64,000 nucleotides of DNA, from the NCBI RefSeq assembly GCF_031769215.1, contig NW_026781945.1, positions 2,666,001-2,730,000 on the forward strand, written 5' to 3'. The first letter of the stretch is position 1; each line of letters starts with the position of its first letter. Under the pieces are notes generated by a model that saw nothing but the letters and a program-made list of their open reading frames with translations, was not told the origin of the DNA and made no database searches. Of the stretch, positions 38,985 to 62,800 are shown in pieces. The translations under genes and the position numbers were made by a program. The stretch is from Ylistrum balloti (Eukaryota).

Positions 38985-41315
38985 GTTGGTCACCTAAATT
39001 CTCCACCTAGATGTTCACTGATGAGAGGGCATGTTTACCTATATTCACCTCCCAGATGTTTACTGATGAGAAGGCTTGTTAACCTATACTTACCACCCAG
39101 ATGTTTACTGATGAGAAGGCTTGTTAACCTATATTCACCTCCCAGATGTTTACTGATGATAAGGCATGTTAACCTATATTCTCCATCCAGATGTTTACTG
39201 ATGAGAAAGCTTGTTAACCTATATTCTCCATCCAGATGTTTACTGATGAGAAAGCTTGTTTACCTATATTCACCACCCAGATGTTTACTGATGAGAGGGT
39301 TTGTTAACCTATACTTACTCCCCAGATGTGTACTGATAAGGCTTAACCTATATTCTCCATCCAGATGTTTACTGATGAGAAGGCTTGTTAACCTATATTC
39401 ACCACCCAGATGTTTACTAATGAGAAGGTATGTTTACCTGTACTCTCCACTTAGATGTTCATTAATGAGAGGGCATGTTTACCTGTACTCTCCACCTAGA
39501 TGTTCACTGATGAGAAGGCATGTTTACCTGTACTCTCCACCTAGATGTTCACTGATGAGAGGGCATGTTTACCTGTACTCTCCACCTAGATGTTCACTGA
39601 TGAGAGGGCATGTTTACCTGTACTCTCCACCTAGATGTTCACTGATGAGAGGGCATGTTTACCTGTACTCTCCACCCAGATGTTTACTGATGAGAAGGCA
39701 TGTTTACCTGTACTCTCCACCTAGATGTTCACTGATGAGAGGGCATGTTTACCTGTACTCTCCACCTAGATGTTCACTGATGAGAGGGCATGTTTACCTG
39801 TACTCTCCACCTAGATGTTCACTGATGAGAGGGCATGTTTACCTGTACTCTCCACCTAGATGTTTACTGATGAGAAGGCATGTTTACCTGTACTCTCCAC
39901 CTAGATGTTCACTGATGAGAAGGCATGTTTACCTGTACTCTCCACCTAGATGTACACTGATGAGAAGGCATGTTTACCTGTACTCTCCACCTAGATGTTC
40001 ACTGATGAGAGGACATGTTTACCTGTACTCTCCACCTAGATGTTCACTGATGAGAGGGCATGTTTACCTGTACTCTCCACCAGTATGTTCACTAATGAGG
40101 CTTGTTAACCTATATTCTCCACCCAGATGTTTACTGATGAGAAGTCTTGTTAACCTATTTTCTCCACCCAGATGTTTACTGATGAGAAGTCTTGTTAACC
40201 TATATTCTCCACCCAGATGTTTACTGATGAGAAGTCTTGTTAACCTATATTCTCCACCCAGATGTATACTGATGAGAAGTCTTGTTAACCTATATTCACC
40301 ACCCAGATGTTTACTGATGAGAAGGCTTGTTAACCTATATTCTCCACCCAGATGTTTACTGATGAGAAGTCTTGTTAACCTATATTCATCACCCAGATGT
40401 TAACTGATGAGAAGTCTTGTTAACCTATATTCACCACCCAGATGTTTACTGATGAGAAGTCTTGTTAACCTATATTCTCCACCCAGATGTTTACTGATGA
40501 GAAGGCTTGTTAACCTATATTCTCCACCCAGATGTTTACTGATGAGAAGTCTTGTTAACCTATATTCTCCACACAGATGTTTACTGCTGAGAAGTCTTGT
40601 TAACCTATATTCTCCAACCAGATGTTTACTGATGAGAAGGCTTGTTAACCTATATTCTCCACCCAGATGTTTACTGATGAGAAGTCTTGTTAACCTATAT
40701 TCTCCACCCAGATGTTTACTGATGAGAAGGCTTGTTAACCTATATTCTCCACCCAGATGTTTACTGATGAGAAGCCTTGTTAACCTATATTCTCCACCCA
40801 GATGTTTACTGATGAGAAGGCTTGTTAACCTATATTCTCCACCCAGATGTTTACTGATGAGAAGTCTTGTTAACCTATATTCTCCACCCAGATGTTTACT
40901 GATGAGAAGGCTTGTTAACCTATATTCTCCACCCAGATGTTCACTGATGAGAAGTCTTGTTAACCTATATTCTCCACCCAGATGTTTACTGATGAGAAGT
41001 CTTGTTAACCTATATTCTCCACCCAGATGTTTACTGATGAGAAGTCTTGTTAACCTATATTCACCACCCAGATGTTTACTGATGAGAAGGCTTGTTAACC
41101 TATATTCTCCACCCAGATGTTTACTGATGAGAAGTCTTGTTAACCTATATTCTCCACCCAGATGTTTACTGATGAGAAGTCTTGTTAACCTATATTCACC
41201 ACCCAGATGTTAACTGATGAGAAGTCTTGTTAACCTATATTCACCACCCAGATGTTAACTGATGAGAAGTCTTGTTAACCTATATTCTCCACCCAGATGT
41301 TTACTGATGAGAAGG
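38985..41315. repeat. 45-bp satellite, ~52 copies, two sub-types
   Basis: Units CTTGTTAACCTATATTCTCCACCCAGATGTTTACTGATGAGAAG(G/T) and CATGTTTACCTGTACTCTCCACCTAGATGTTCACTGATGAGAGGG. They explain the 473-aa and 268-aa ORFs with a 15-aa period. Confidence 0.97.
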
Positions 41316-44300
41316 ATGAAGAGCAATTTTAATAGTATTAATAAGATACTACAAATGTTTATGTTGATGACCTAAGCCACTATACAACAACTGCTCCATA
41401 TACAGCATGATTAAGGTGCATCATCTGATCATGCAAGGACATTGTTAAAAAAAAACTGCTTACAGAAACATATATATGTTGCTTGTTTGTTCATAAGGTG
41501 CCATTTTTTCAACACTAACACATATGCATTTGAAAGTTTTAGTATGGAAAAACTTGCAAACAACTGGCATATTTCAATCTATGTTTCACAACTGAAAACA
41601 CCAGAAACTTTAATTAGCAAACTACATGCTGGTGTGGCTTGGTGTTGTGAAGCATGGCGTTATGAACTGGGGTATCATCATGGTAAAGTGAACCACAGTG
41701 ATGTATACACTAAGTCAAGACCTTGATGATTATTTCAGTCTGATCCAAATCCCATAGACGGTTTAAAGGTGATGTTCAAGAAAACCAATATTGTTGTTGC
41801 CATGCTGAACTTTTGACAAGACCAAAAATTAACAACACTTTGTCGGCTCTTTTCCTTAACATTCCCGCTAATTTGATAGCAATTTCAGGATCATTCAAGG
41901 CAAGTTTCGGATCATTCCACTGGTGGAACTTCAGATGAAGATTCAAATACCGGTGAGTGTTTTTCAAGAAAATCATGATTGTACAATCATTTTACAAACA
42001 GGCCAGCACTAGATCGATCCCAATGGTAGAATTTGAAGTAACAATGGTAAAATGTGTAAAGGTTACACAGTGGATGGTGCTAGGCACACAATAGACAAAA
42101 CATGTTGGTTATAGGTCATCCTGACCAAAAGTCGTACCATGTAAAAATAAATCTCAACCATTTTGATTTTTTTGTAATGCAGAATCTATTGAATTTGCAA
42201 ATACATAACTCAGTACAATGTATATATGTATTTAACCCTTCTGTTATCACATGAATTAAAAAATTAGTTAGTTCTATTTATCCATCAGTTAGATAACACA
42301 TTAAACCAATTACAAAAGGAAGTATGATTGCACAAGATAAGACTTTTCTAGAAGTTTTATAAAAAATTGATTTTAAATCAAAATCGTATATTCTCAATAG
42401 ATTATAAATTCTATCAACATTGCATTTCATCTCTGGTCATAGCATCCCATTGCAGAATATTGAATTACTGATCTTGTATCTTATCATAAAACCCTGATGT
42501 TCTAAGATACACATTTTCATGTAATTACTGATGCTGGGCATCACTTTAACTACAATTAACCCAAATCACACACAACCATTCTACAAATTAAATAATAAAT
42601 TGATATGTTTCCCATTTTGATTTACTACCCTGTGTCTAAACTGAACTTTGTTGATATTGGTAAGTAATGTTGATAGATAAATATTCATAGACAAGAAGAT
42701 AAAATCCTACGTGGTAAAAAACAACGAATGTTTATATATAAGAGTTACTTGTGACAATAAAAAATATCCGAGATCAACTCATACCCGAAAGAAAACTGGT
42801 AAAATATGAATATAAATTATTAAAAGGATACAAACCTGAATTAACAAGTACAAATTTAAAAGATTATTTCATAAAAATATCAATTACACCAGTGTTAATT
42901 GACCATTGTTTACATTTACTGCAACAAGTTTTTACAATATTTGAGATTATGTTTAAATGTAACATAGAAAGAGAAAAGACAAAATTTAGATAGTATTAAC
43001 AAGTGTCTGGTTATATATTAATTGAACATTAGTATTGTTAATATCAAATATAGACACACTTTGCAGCATTTAAATTCCAAAGAGTGAAACACTGCAGGTT
43101 TTGTTCTAAAAAACTGTTCTGGTGATTGTACTTTTCCACAGATCTGTGTCAAACTATGGTCATGAATGTCCCTTAACAGAAGGGGGATAATCATGTTTTA
43201 TCTTTTAAACACATTTTCATATCACTAACAATGGAAAGAATAAGTTTTTACCAAAAACAAACACATTAGAACCACCATGATTACAATCTAGTATTCATTC
43301 TTCCATACCACAATTACACTCAATAGTATGATGTATAATCTCTCAATGTTTCTTTTTTAATTCAAACAATGATCTATATAGGAAGTTAAACTAACAAGTT
43401 TCTAACATCCAATTTCACGAATGAAATTTCACGAATGAAATTTCACCAATCAGCACTAATATTACCATGAAGATCACAAGAAAGTAACACTCTATCAATC
43501 TGTGTATGATGAGATCCTAGCCATCAAATTCGTGGAAAGGGACTATTTATGGAAATCTGCATACTCAGATAATATAGAATATCAGGGGAATTTTATCAAA
43601 CAGTGATTGGATCCTTGCGATCAAATTCGCAGAAACAATGAAATTCCATAAATCAACAATTTTCTATAGACAATAAGGAAGCAAAAGCAGCAGAAATATT
43701 TCTCAATACAAGACCTGAAACATCAAAATAAAAAACAGAACACAAATACAGTAAAACCCCATTTACTTGACCCCGTTTTCCTTGAATACCCCTAATCATC
43801 GAACAAGTCGCTTTGTCCTAGCCATGTCCTTCTTAAGTGTTTCTAGTTATTCAACCTCCAATTCCTCGACCCATTATTCCTTAAATACCATGCATTCCTC
43901 AAACTTATTTTTACCCCAATCTTTTCATGTTCATAGTATTTCCTCCCTCTATTTGTTGAACAATTTATCTCTATCACAGAACTGTGATCAACTTCAGGGT
44001 AACTGTTCCAATGACACATTAATTGCATGTAAGTTATGTACACATGTTTACGTCAAGATTGTTCGCATCTTTTCTGTTACTCTGCAAATTCCACTTACCA
44101 GAAATGAAAAGTATTGCAGGTATATAGTATTTGGTCCCATAACAGTTTTAAAGATTTTCTTTGCAATTTGATGACTTAATGTATTAATTATTCATCAATT
44201 TATATGGAATGCTGTAAATCCACCTCCTATTTACTACATACACTAAGCTTAAGAAACCATCAATTACATACTTACTGTAGAATTCAGATTGGTGTTGCGA

Positions 44301-44892
44301 TACCATTTTTATATAATTCTCTCCATTAAAATTTGAGACAAATTGACGTTTTTAGTCAATCAAAAAATGATTATAAATTTGACTGGTCAAAGAACTGTGT
44401 ATTGAAGAAGTCATTCAAGGACATGGATTGTCCATACAGGACCATCAATAACCAATCTCTGATTACCTGAATACGCCATATTCCTTAAACTATTGACATG
44501 GTCCCAAGGAGCATGATTTAATGAGGTCTTACTGTATGACATTACTGAACAATTACAAATGCCAAATTAATTCAAGAAAATTAATCACAAAAAATACATT
44601 TTGATTTTTAAAACATTCTAGAATAATTCTGTATGGTAATGAAACTTAAATAAGAACACATACACTATTCCCTAAAACTAAGCTGAAACAAAGACACTAG
44701 CTAAACAGAATCATTAACATGTATTCAATTAACTGATTTTGGCATCAATTAATTTCCCTAGTAAACAACAATGCCCCAATTTCAATAAATCCTTAATCTT
44801 GCAAAAACCTCATATATTGGAAAAAATATCACCTATATTGTCACAATCAGTCCTTAATTTTAAAATCCTAAGTATGATGTTCACAGCAGGCT

Positions 44893-44928
44893 TTAAAGTC
44901 GACTAGCTGGTTCATCATCCAGGCCTAG

Positions 44929-44931
<3 letters not shown>
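44893..44931 (-). other. Stop-codon readthrough extension of IDH1 with a cryptic PTS1 (X-LGLDDEPASRL*)
   Basis: The minus strand reads TGA CTA GGC CTG GAT GAT GAA CCA GCT AGT CGA CTT TAA. This combines the UGA-CUAG leaky context with a terminal SRL. Confidence 0.8.
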
Positions 44932-55053
<10,122 letters not shown>

Positions 55054-56878
55054 TTTTGGTGCCGGTTATGTCAAAAGGCCAACAACTAAATATTCTGCAC
55101 TGCTCGATAGATCAACGTGAGCAAACAGGACTTGACCTTTACCCCTGGACTGTGATTGGCTCATCAATGAGAGGCTGCTGAAGGGGGAGGGGCGGATTTG
55201 ACTGTAATTAATAATTCAGTTAACATCGACTGATTCCGGTAATCATGCTGCACCAGGACTTGGTTACAGATGGTTTGGTCCTTCCGGGACAGTCAACGAT
55301 TCTATTGGACAGAGTTGTTGATTCTTAGTCCGGAAAGAATACCAAAAACCAGCCCAGCAAGTGCATAAACCCAAGAATAAGTTTCTTAATTCTCAATAAT
55401 AATTTATTTCAAATTCATGCGCGAGGAACGTATAGATTATTATTCTTGCCACTTGGCCCTTTCGGAAAAAAAAAGAAAATTAAAAAAAAAAAAAGTTCCG
55501 TGGTTACAGCTAACCTCGGGGGCGATGTACAAGCTACTATTACAAGTGATCTCAAATGCTGCCCTCCGAGTCTTCAGTTGCATTTTATGAGTGCGGGCTT
55601 CACACCATTGAGGTATATTCGAGTTTAACCAGAGACGTATATTTCACGTGATATATACGTCTCTGGTTTAACCAACCTTTCTATAAACATAACAGAAGTA
55701 CGCATGTTTAACTATTTACGAAATTACTGAAATATCATTCTGTATGATACACTATTGTCAGACTGTTGGGTCTTCGGAATATAAGGGTGTCACCGCCCAA
55801 AAGATGAAGAAAATTATTTCTAAATAAGTGACATTAAATCTGAGTAGTCTTTCGTTTGACGCGTGTGATTCTTATACCATGTCATTTAGATTTATTTGAT
55901 ACGTAAATGAGATTCACCCCTCATTTCCGGACAAAAATGGTAAGTGCTAAGTCGACACTAACTGCAATATAAAAGTGAATTGGGTATAGGTAAAACTGTT
56001 GTGAACAGTGGGGGCTTCGGTGACTGTGTAAATTGGTGAATAATCTCCGAAAAGCTAAATCTTCACAGCTTTCATATTTTGGCACCGAGGCACACGACGC
56101 CCATTAAACAATGTACTTGCGGAAGTGTATCACACTCTGTCGTTTTGCGGGGTCGGTCGCTTCGGGGACGATCAAATCGGTTGACCCAAGTTTAACTTTG
56201 CAACAAGTCAAATGGTGTGACTCAACGCGGGGCTCACCTAAGAGCATCATGTGAACGTCCTTCGCCCTCTGTATTTGTAACAGTCCGGACATGCATGGGG
56301 CTTATGATGAAGTTGATAACGTTACAAGATTGGGCGAGTTCAATGTCCTGAGAAACATACGTCCCTGGAGAAACTAAGGAACTGGTGTCATTTTGATGAA
56401 ACTCGAACGAAGACACAAGTTAGTCGTCGAAAACCTCGACCGTGGAGCTCTTCCATTCAATCGTACTTTCAGGTATGATATGATTTTATCAAGTTTTCGT
56501 TTATTGACAGGTTTTCTGTCTCTATTTAATTGTGTTCTTTTCAATGTCCGTTTTTGGTTGGCAGTTCTTCTCAGCCAATGTAATTTTGGGATTATTTTTT
56601 TTTCGGGGGGGGGGGGGGTTGGGTTGTTGTTGTTAATGGCAAGGCCCCCTTGAGTAATCTCGTAGAGTTGTTCATATTTTCCCGCTTACTAAATACAAGC
56701 GTCTTCCCCGCTGTACAAAACTGTTTCTTTACCCTGATCAGCCCGATATTTTTGGGGTCACATAAACGCTTATTGACTCGTTATTCAGCGCTCAGTAAAA
56801 AAGGTTATGAATGACATGGATAGAATCAGCGCCATCTGTCGGCGAAATAATGAACAAAACACGATGTGTTGACAAGAG
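55054..56878. promoter_or_regulatory. Divergent (head-to-head) promoter region shared by IDH1 and SPRYD3
   Basis: CpG-rich 1.8 kb between opposed start codons. CCAAT box (ATTGG) at 55155-55159, GC box GGGGCGG at 55189-55195, and a 42-bp palindrome at 55627-55668. Confidence 0.6.
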
Positions 56879-59800
56879 ATGAACGAGAAAGATGTCGTGT
56901 CTTCGTTACAGGTAAATTGTTTGCGGTATTGGTTTGGCTGATCTGAGACGTCGATAATTAACTATTCTGTTTTATTGATAGCCATTACGCATACTTATAT
57001 ATTAAGAATAAACGCGTACTGTAACAGATGTTGTCCGTTGCATAGCTTCCCTTATGGGCCTCTTGGAAAAGACAAGATTACGTTGTTGTTATTTTTGTTT
57101 GCAAAAGGAAGTAACGTTCGTGATTGTGGATATTATGATTTTTCTAATTTGGAATGCTTGCACGTAGTAAAGTCTACTCACATGAGGTATGTGGTTGATT
57201 CCTCTTTACAATATCAACATTATCCACAATTTCTCCTTGAATTTTTACACTAGTAATTTGTTGATAAACTGAGACGTGTGACATGACTGACTATCTGTTC
57301 ATATATTTACTGTTATTATTCAAGCTGTTATCACTTCGCATTGTAGGTTTTGCTGTATTTGAAAATATCCATTTCAGCGCACACTAAACGTTGCAAATTT
57401 TATATGATAAAGTTGTAAAATGGGTAGATTGATGACTTGTGTCAGAATAGAGTATATTGGTTTTCTCACAAGAGAACCAGATCTGCTCATTTTGAGCATG
57501 TTGAGCAATGATGTATAAAGGTCTTGCTTCAGGTCTATCTAAAAATTGGCAACAAGTAAAATTGGTGACTAAGTAGTGAATGAAGTTAGCGTCATCAAAG
57601 AATTTATTGTAGATATGAATAATAAACTTAGGTAACAAGTTTCCTGTTGATATTTGTGAAATTGGTTGAGTCATATACCGTTCAATTTTTCCTTGATCGT
57701 CAGAGATATATGTGTGTATAGTGTACCACTATATCTTAAAATACCTAATAAAGTTCATGGCATGAAAAGATATATTAATATGGTCCTAATACAATTATAT
57801 ACAAAGTCAGTTTCATATATGATAACGACCAAATTAAGATGATTTCATTATTGAGTATACAGTAACAGGTCACGATAAATCACATGTGTATTTGTGTTGG
57901 ATTTGATCTGTGTGAGTTCAGTTTGCAAAATCACTGTAATTAGCTCATTGTTTCATATGGATTGATTTTGATGGTGCTAATAATCATAAGTTTCAGCTAC
58001 CTGTGTTTAGTTTGACCCTGTGATTTGCTAATTAATAATAATTAAGGATTAATGACATATGTTTAGGAAATGCTTACTTTTATTAGGAATATATCTTGCT
58101 TGCACATCTAGATATGTCATGATTCTGGCTTGTACAAATTTTTAGGAACTGTCATCCTTCTAACATTTCCTTGAAGTCAATGAATCAGACAATGTCTTTG
58201 TTGATGAACATTGACCAAATGTTGTAATTTAACTTATCAGATAATTTTCTAGCACAAACTTTTTCTCTGTCATCTGTATTTTTTTGTTCATGTGCACCTG
58301 GCTTCTTTTTCATTATTTGGCTGAGCAAAGTTTAAAGCAAAATATTCTCATGTACAAGGGTATGTTTTCATTAGACATTGTTCTGGAATAAATGTCTGCT
58401 TGATAGGTTTTTTAAACTTTTTAATGGATATCCAAAAATCTTGTTATTTTAGGTTGGAGCGAGACCTTGTATAGGTACTGTTTGCAATGCAAGGATTTGC
58501 ATTCACAGTTTCCTTTACTACTCAAATCATGGAGCCAAACTAGTAGGATATTTAAAGTATGATACCTTTAACATATACCAGGAGGATAAGTTGTTCTTTT
58601 CTTTAATGACAAATGACTTAGTACCTCAAAAAAAAAGATCATCATGATGAGGTTCACCTGTGCCATGAACCTCAGAGGCAACAATAACTGCCACCTCCAC
58701 CAAAAACCTGTTGTTTAAGATAGTTAAGACAGTGACTGACTAGTGAGGTTTGGTCAAGTATATTACTGTCAACTGTGTATCTCTGTATAAGCTTCCACAC
58801 ACAGGACAAGGAGTACACTCTCAATGTTGATGTTATAGTGTATAGATTTAACTCCAGTGGTTCTTCTGCCAAAAATGAAGAAACTTTAAAAGATAATGTA
58901 GCAATTGGAAATCGATTGTAAAGTAACCATGTGAAACTCTGGGGTAAATTTCAGATTATTCACTCTCACAGAATCTTGGTTCAATCTCCAGTGGAAGCTG
59001 TATGTGTAGATGTTAATAAGTTCCCCACTTGTCACTGGAATTAAAACTTGGGATACAGGTTCACTTGGTGAATGGTGTGTCATGTATCAAAAGTAGGTCA
59101 CTGTTGCCAACATTTTGACCTTTGACCTCCATCATAGGAAAAACAAATTTGAGCACTGTCTCCTACACTATCAGTCACTAGAATTTTATACTTGGGGTAA
59201 GGGTCCACCTTGATGAGGCAATGCGTTATGTGTCAAATCTAAGGCACTCTGACTTACATTTGACCTTTGACATACATAAAAGAGAAAAAATGAAATTGTT
59301 CAGGCTCCATTAGCTAAATCTTTTCACTGGAATACTTAGTAGGGATGTGGGTAGGCCACAGACCAAGTGTTAAATGAAGCGTAGCCGAATTGACCACCGT
59401 AACTTGTTACCATCTTATGTATTTTTTTTGTCTATGATCTGTTTACCATCTTGTCACACTATTTTTGACCTTAGTGTATGTAGGATTATAATACAGCTCA
59501 AAAAAATCTTCGATTCCACACACCATCTTGTATACTATGTAGGTCAGTGCTAGTACACTCCACACTGATCATATGTCTGATGAAGGTGACTATGCAGTCA
59601 TCGAAACGTCACACTGTAATCTTCTACAGGTTGTGTTATAATAACTTCTATCCATTTGCATTACCAACCCTAATCCAAAGTTTTAAAATACTGGAACTTC
59701 ATACTCGCATTGGTGGGGTGGGGTGTTGATGGGGCTCTGTGAATTGTCCTGTTTCTTTAAACTTAAGAGGATTCATGGTATCATAATGGAAATGAAATCA

Positions 59801-62800
59801 TTTGATTTAAGCTTCATTTTGGTCCATCATAGGGAATTTTGTTTCCTTACTTCTGACTATACTATACATCCAATCTGCCAGATCTTATTTTACCAATACA
59901 TATTGTATTGAAAGTATAGCTTATTGCTTCTCATTCACTACTACTAAGCATGTGGTAAAGATAATGACATAGCAGTACAAATGTTTGAGATCATTAAAAT
60001 TTAAATTGTTAAGTCCTTAGATAAACTTGATAACCTATCATAGAATGACATCAATGATAATTATACTGATTGTTTTCTGATCATCAGCAGATATATCTCA
60101 TCATTTTACTGAAACTGTGTTGCTTTCTTTTTTTTTCAGAACTTAGTGGCCATGGAAATACGATATCCGAATCAATTCATGCATGTATTTAGACATCACC
60201 AGAGAATTCACCAGGATGCTGGACAGGTGCGAGATGCCGATGTAGAAGCAGGACAACCAAGATATGCCAACATTAGTGTTGATGGAGATGTTCTCGGGTA
60301 ATGAGCATTAAGTCAAACCATATTGTTGTCATGATTATTTCTGCAGTGGGTTAATTTTGTGATTTCAATTTTCTGATCTGAAAAGAAGCATAACAATGGA
60401 AACAGCTCAAAATCAAATGTCTTATTAGTCAGTGAAAATTAGATTAAGACAAAGAACTGTGCTTTGACAAACATTAAGTAAGAGTTAATTATTAAATATA
60501 GTTTGTAATTTATGTTTCAAAAGTAACTTTGAAAATGGTAAAAAAAAAAAAAGTTTACCTTTAATTCTTTAAAAATATAGATTTATTGATTCTACTTCAC
60601 TTCATACGATCTGCAATATATACTTTACCCAAACTAACTTCATAAGACTTTTTTTTTTTTCATTATACACAAAAACCCTTTCTCTTTCTGATCTACAATT
60701 AGTAGTTTTGAGTATCATTTGTATCAGACAGGCTATATCTCTTGGTAGAATTAGTTATGATATAAACTTTTGTATAGTATATAATTCATTTTGCCATCAT
60801 CATTATCTTGGATTTCAGCTATGCCCCGAATGACAGATTTAGTGTTGGATTATATGTAGCAGGGGAACCTCTCACACCAGAAGATTACTATTTTGAGGTG
60901 GAAATCCTTGACATTGGCAATCGAGGAACCATAGGTTAGCATGTTTTGTTTAAAGTAAATGATAATCGAGCTTTTCCAAACACAAATATTGATTTGTTTT
61001 CACTTAGTATTGGCTATATTTATGTGAATACATCATTATAGAGTTATGAGGATACTCTAAAGATAAAATGGTATTGAGGTATTTGTGTAAATGCAAAATA
61101 TTACTTTTCACTAAATTTGTTTGAAAACGTTGTATCAAATGTGATTAAAAAAATTGTTAGTTATTTCAGAGTTGTTGGAATGAAATGATATTAATTTTTA
61201 AGGTGTGGGTTTGGTGCCCCAGAGATACCCTCTTGATGCCCAGCCTGGATGGAGAGCATTTTCTGTAGGATTCCATGCTGATGATGGGAAGTATGTGATC
61301 GCACCCATAATATGCTGCCTGATTAACTATGTTCCTGATGATTGTGTAATACTGCCCAATGATAATGGAATATTATGCTGATTTGGATCAATTAAAGTTT
61401 GATGTTCAAAGCTCATGTCTTTTTCAACACTGTTTAAACATTATCAACAGCAATAAGATGGCAAATTAAATTAAATTATCGACTACTTAAAATGTGTGGT
61501 ATATTTAAATTAACTGAAGAAAAAATACATGTAAAAAATTGATTATGATGATGTTGGTTTTAGACATGCTGTTAATTTTTTTCTGTGTTTGTTGCGGCAG
61601 GCTTTACAAAGCTAACGGTTTTGGCAAACCCTTTGGCTCAAAGAGTCAAACTGGCGATAGAATAGGATGTGGAATCAAATTTTCAGCCCCAGAGGAGGGG
61701 CCAGGGCAGTCGGTCAAGGTCTTCTTTACACACAATGGGAAGGAGGTTGGTTAAGTTGACTGTCACCCCACTTCAGAAAACTTAAGGATATATTATCTGG
61801 TCACTATTGATGGCATCCATGTTTTATTTATGTAAAAAAAAACTAGTGTTATTTACCTACTTTTAGTGGAAAAGGGAATTGTCTCCCAAACATTGACTAG
61901 GACATACTATTGTCACTTCATTGATGCCTGAGTGCTATGAAAAGTTTTTCTCAGATATCCACTTGAGTTATAAACATCAATTTCCATCACAAACCATTTA
62001 ATTTCTAATCCATATCATACAGGCAAAGTATGTACTGATATATGTAAATGGATGCTATATCTATTGAGAAATTTATTATTTATATCAAAGTGCCCGTGAT
62101 GATTTAAATGATATACTACTGGTACATGTTCATGTCTATGTAAGTACTTTACATCATTAAGAAATAGATATCAAATGTTCTTAAACTTTTGATTTGTTTT
62201 TGCTGCAGGTTGGCATGACGATGATGCAAGCTCCGGCCCGAGGGTTGTATCCTGCAGTAGGAATGCACTCCTCTGGGGAAGAAGTGCGTCTCAACCTAGA
62301 GGCGGAATGGCTGTATGAGGACCTGGTGCTCATGGCTGTCGACAATGGGGAGGAGGACTGGTCTCGTCTCCATGATGTCAGGTTGAATGGCACAGTAAGT
62401 TGAAATCAATTTTACATGACCTTTACCTTAGACTCTGTGGCAAGTAAAGTTCATATAGGTCTGAATATTGATTTAGTTTTCAGTTGAAATGCAAAGGTCA
62501 TATCTCCATAATATTGTATATCAGAAAATACTGTAATTTCATGTGATATTTCAGACTTTAGAATACATGGGACGAGGGAAGAGCATACATGATGTTGGTT
62601 TAGCTCAAGCCAGATGGCCCCTCGACACAACATATCATTATTTTGAAATTGAAATAATGGATCCAGGTGAAAACTGCTACATTGCAATAGGAGTGGCTAG
62701 AAGAGTGAGTACAATATCCAGTCTAATCTGTAGTATAATGGTTATAGAAAGGGCAAACGGGAACAATTTGAAGACTATTTTTAGAACTGTTTATGGAGGT

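Noticed and set aside
38982-41213. Long ORFs of 473 and 268 aa
   Set aside because: They are a by-product of a 45-bp (multiple-of-3) tandem unit. There is no unique coding sequence or splice context.
38985-41315. CTGATGAG in every 45-bp unit, suggesting a satellite-borne hammerhead
   Set aside because: No GAAA-stem III-UH module follows the hairpin, so the core is incomplete.
55515-55570. GC-rich stem (CTCGGGGGC/GCCCTCCGAG) suggesting a small RNA gene
   Set aside because: The stem is only 9 bp with a bulge. There are no convincing C/D, H/ACA or Pol III box A/B motifs.
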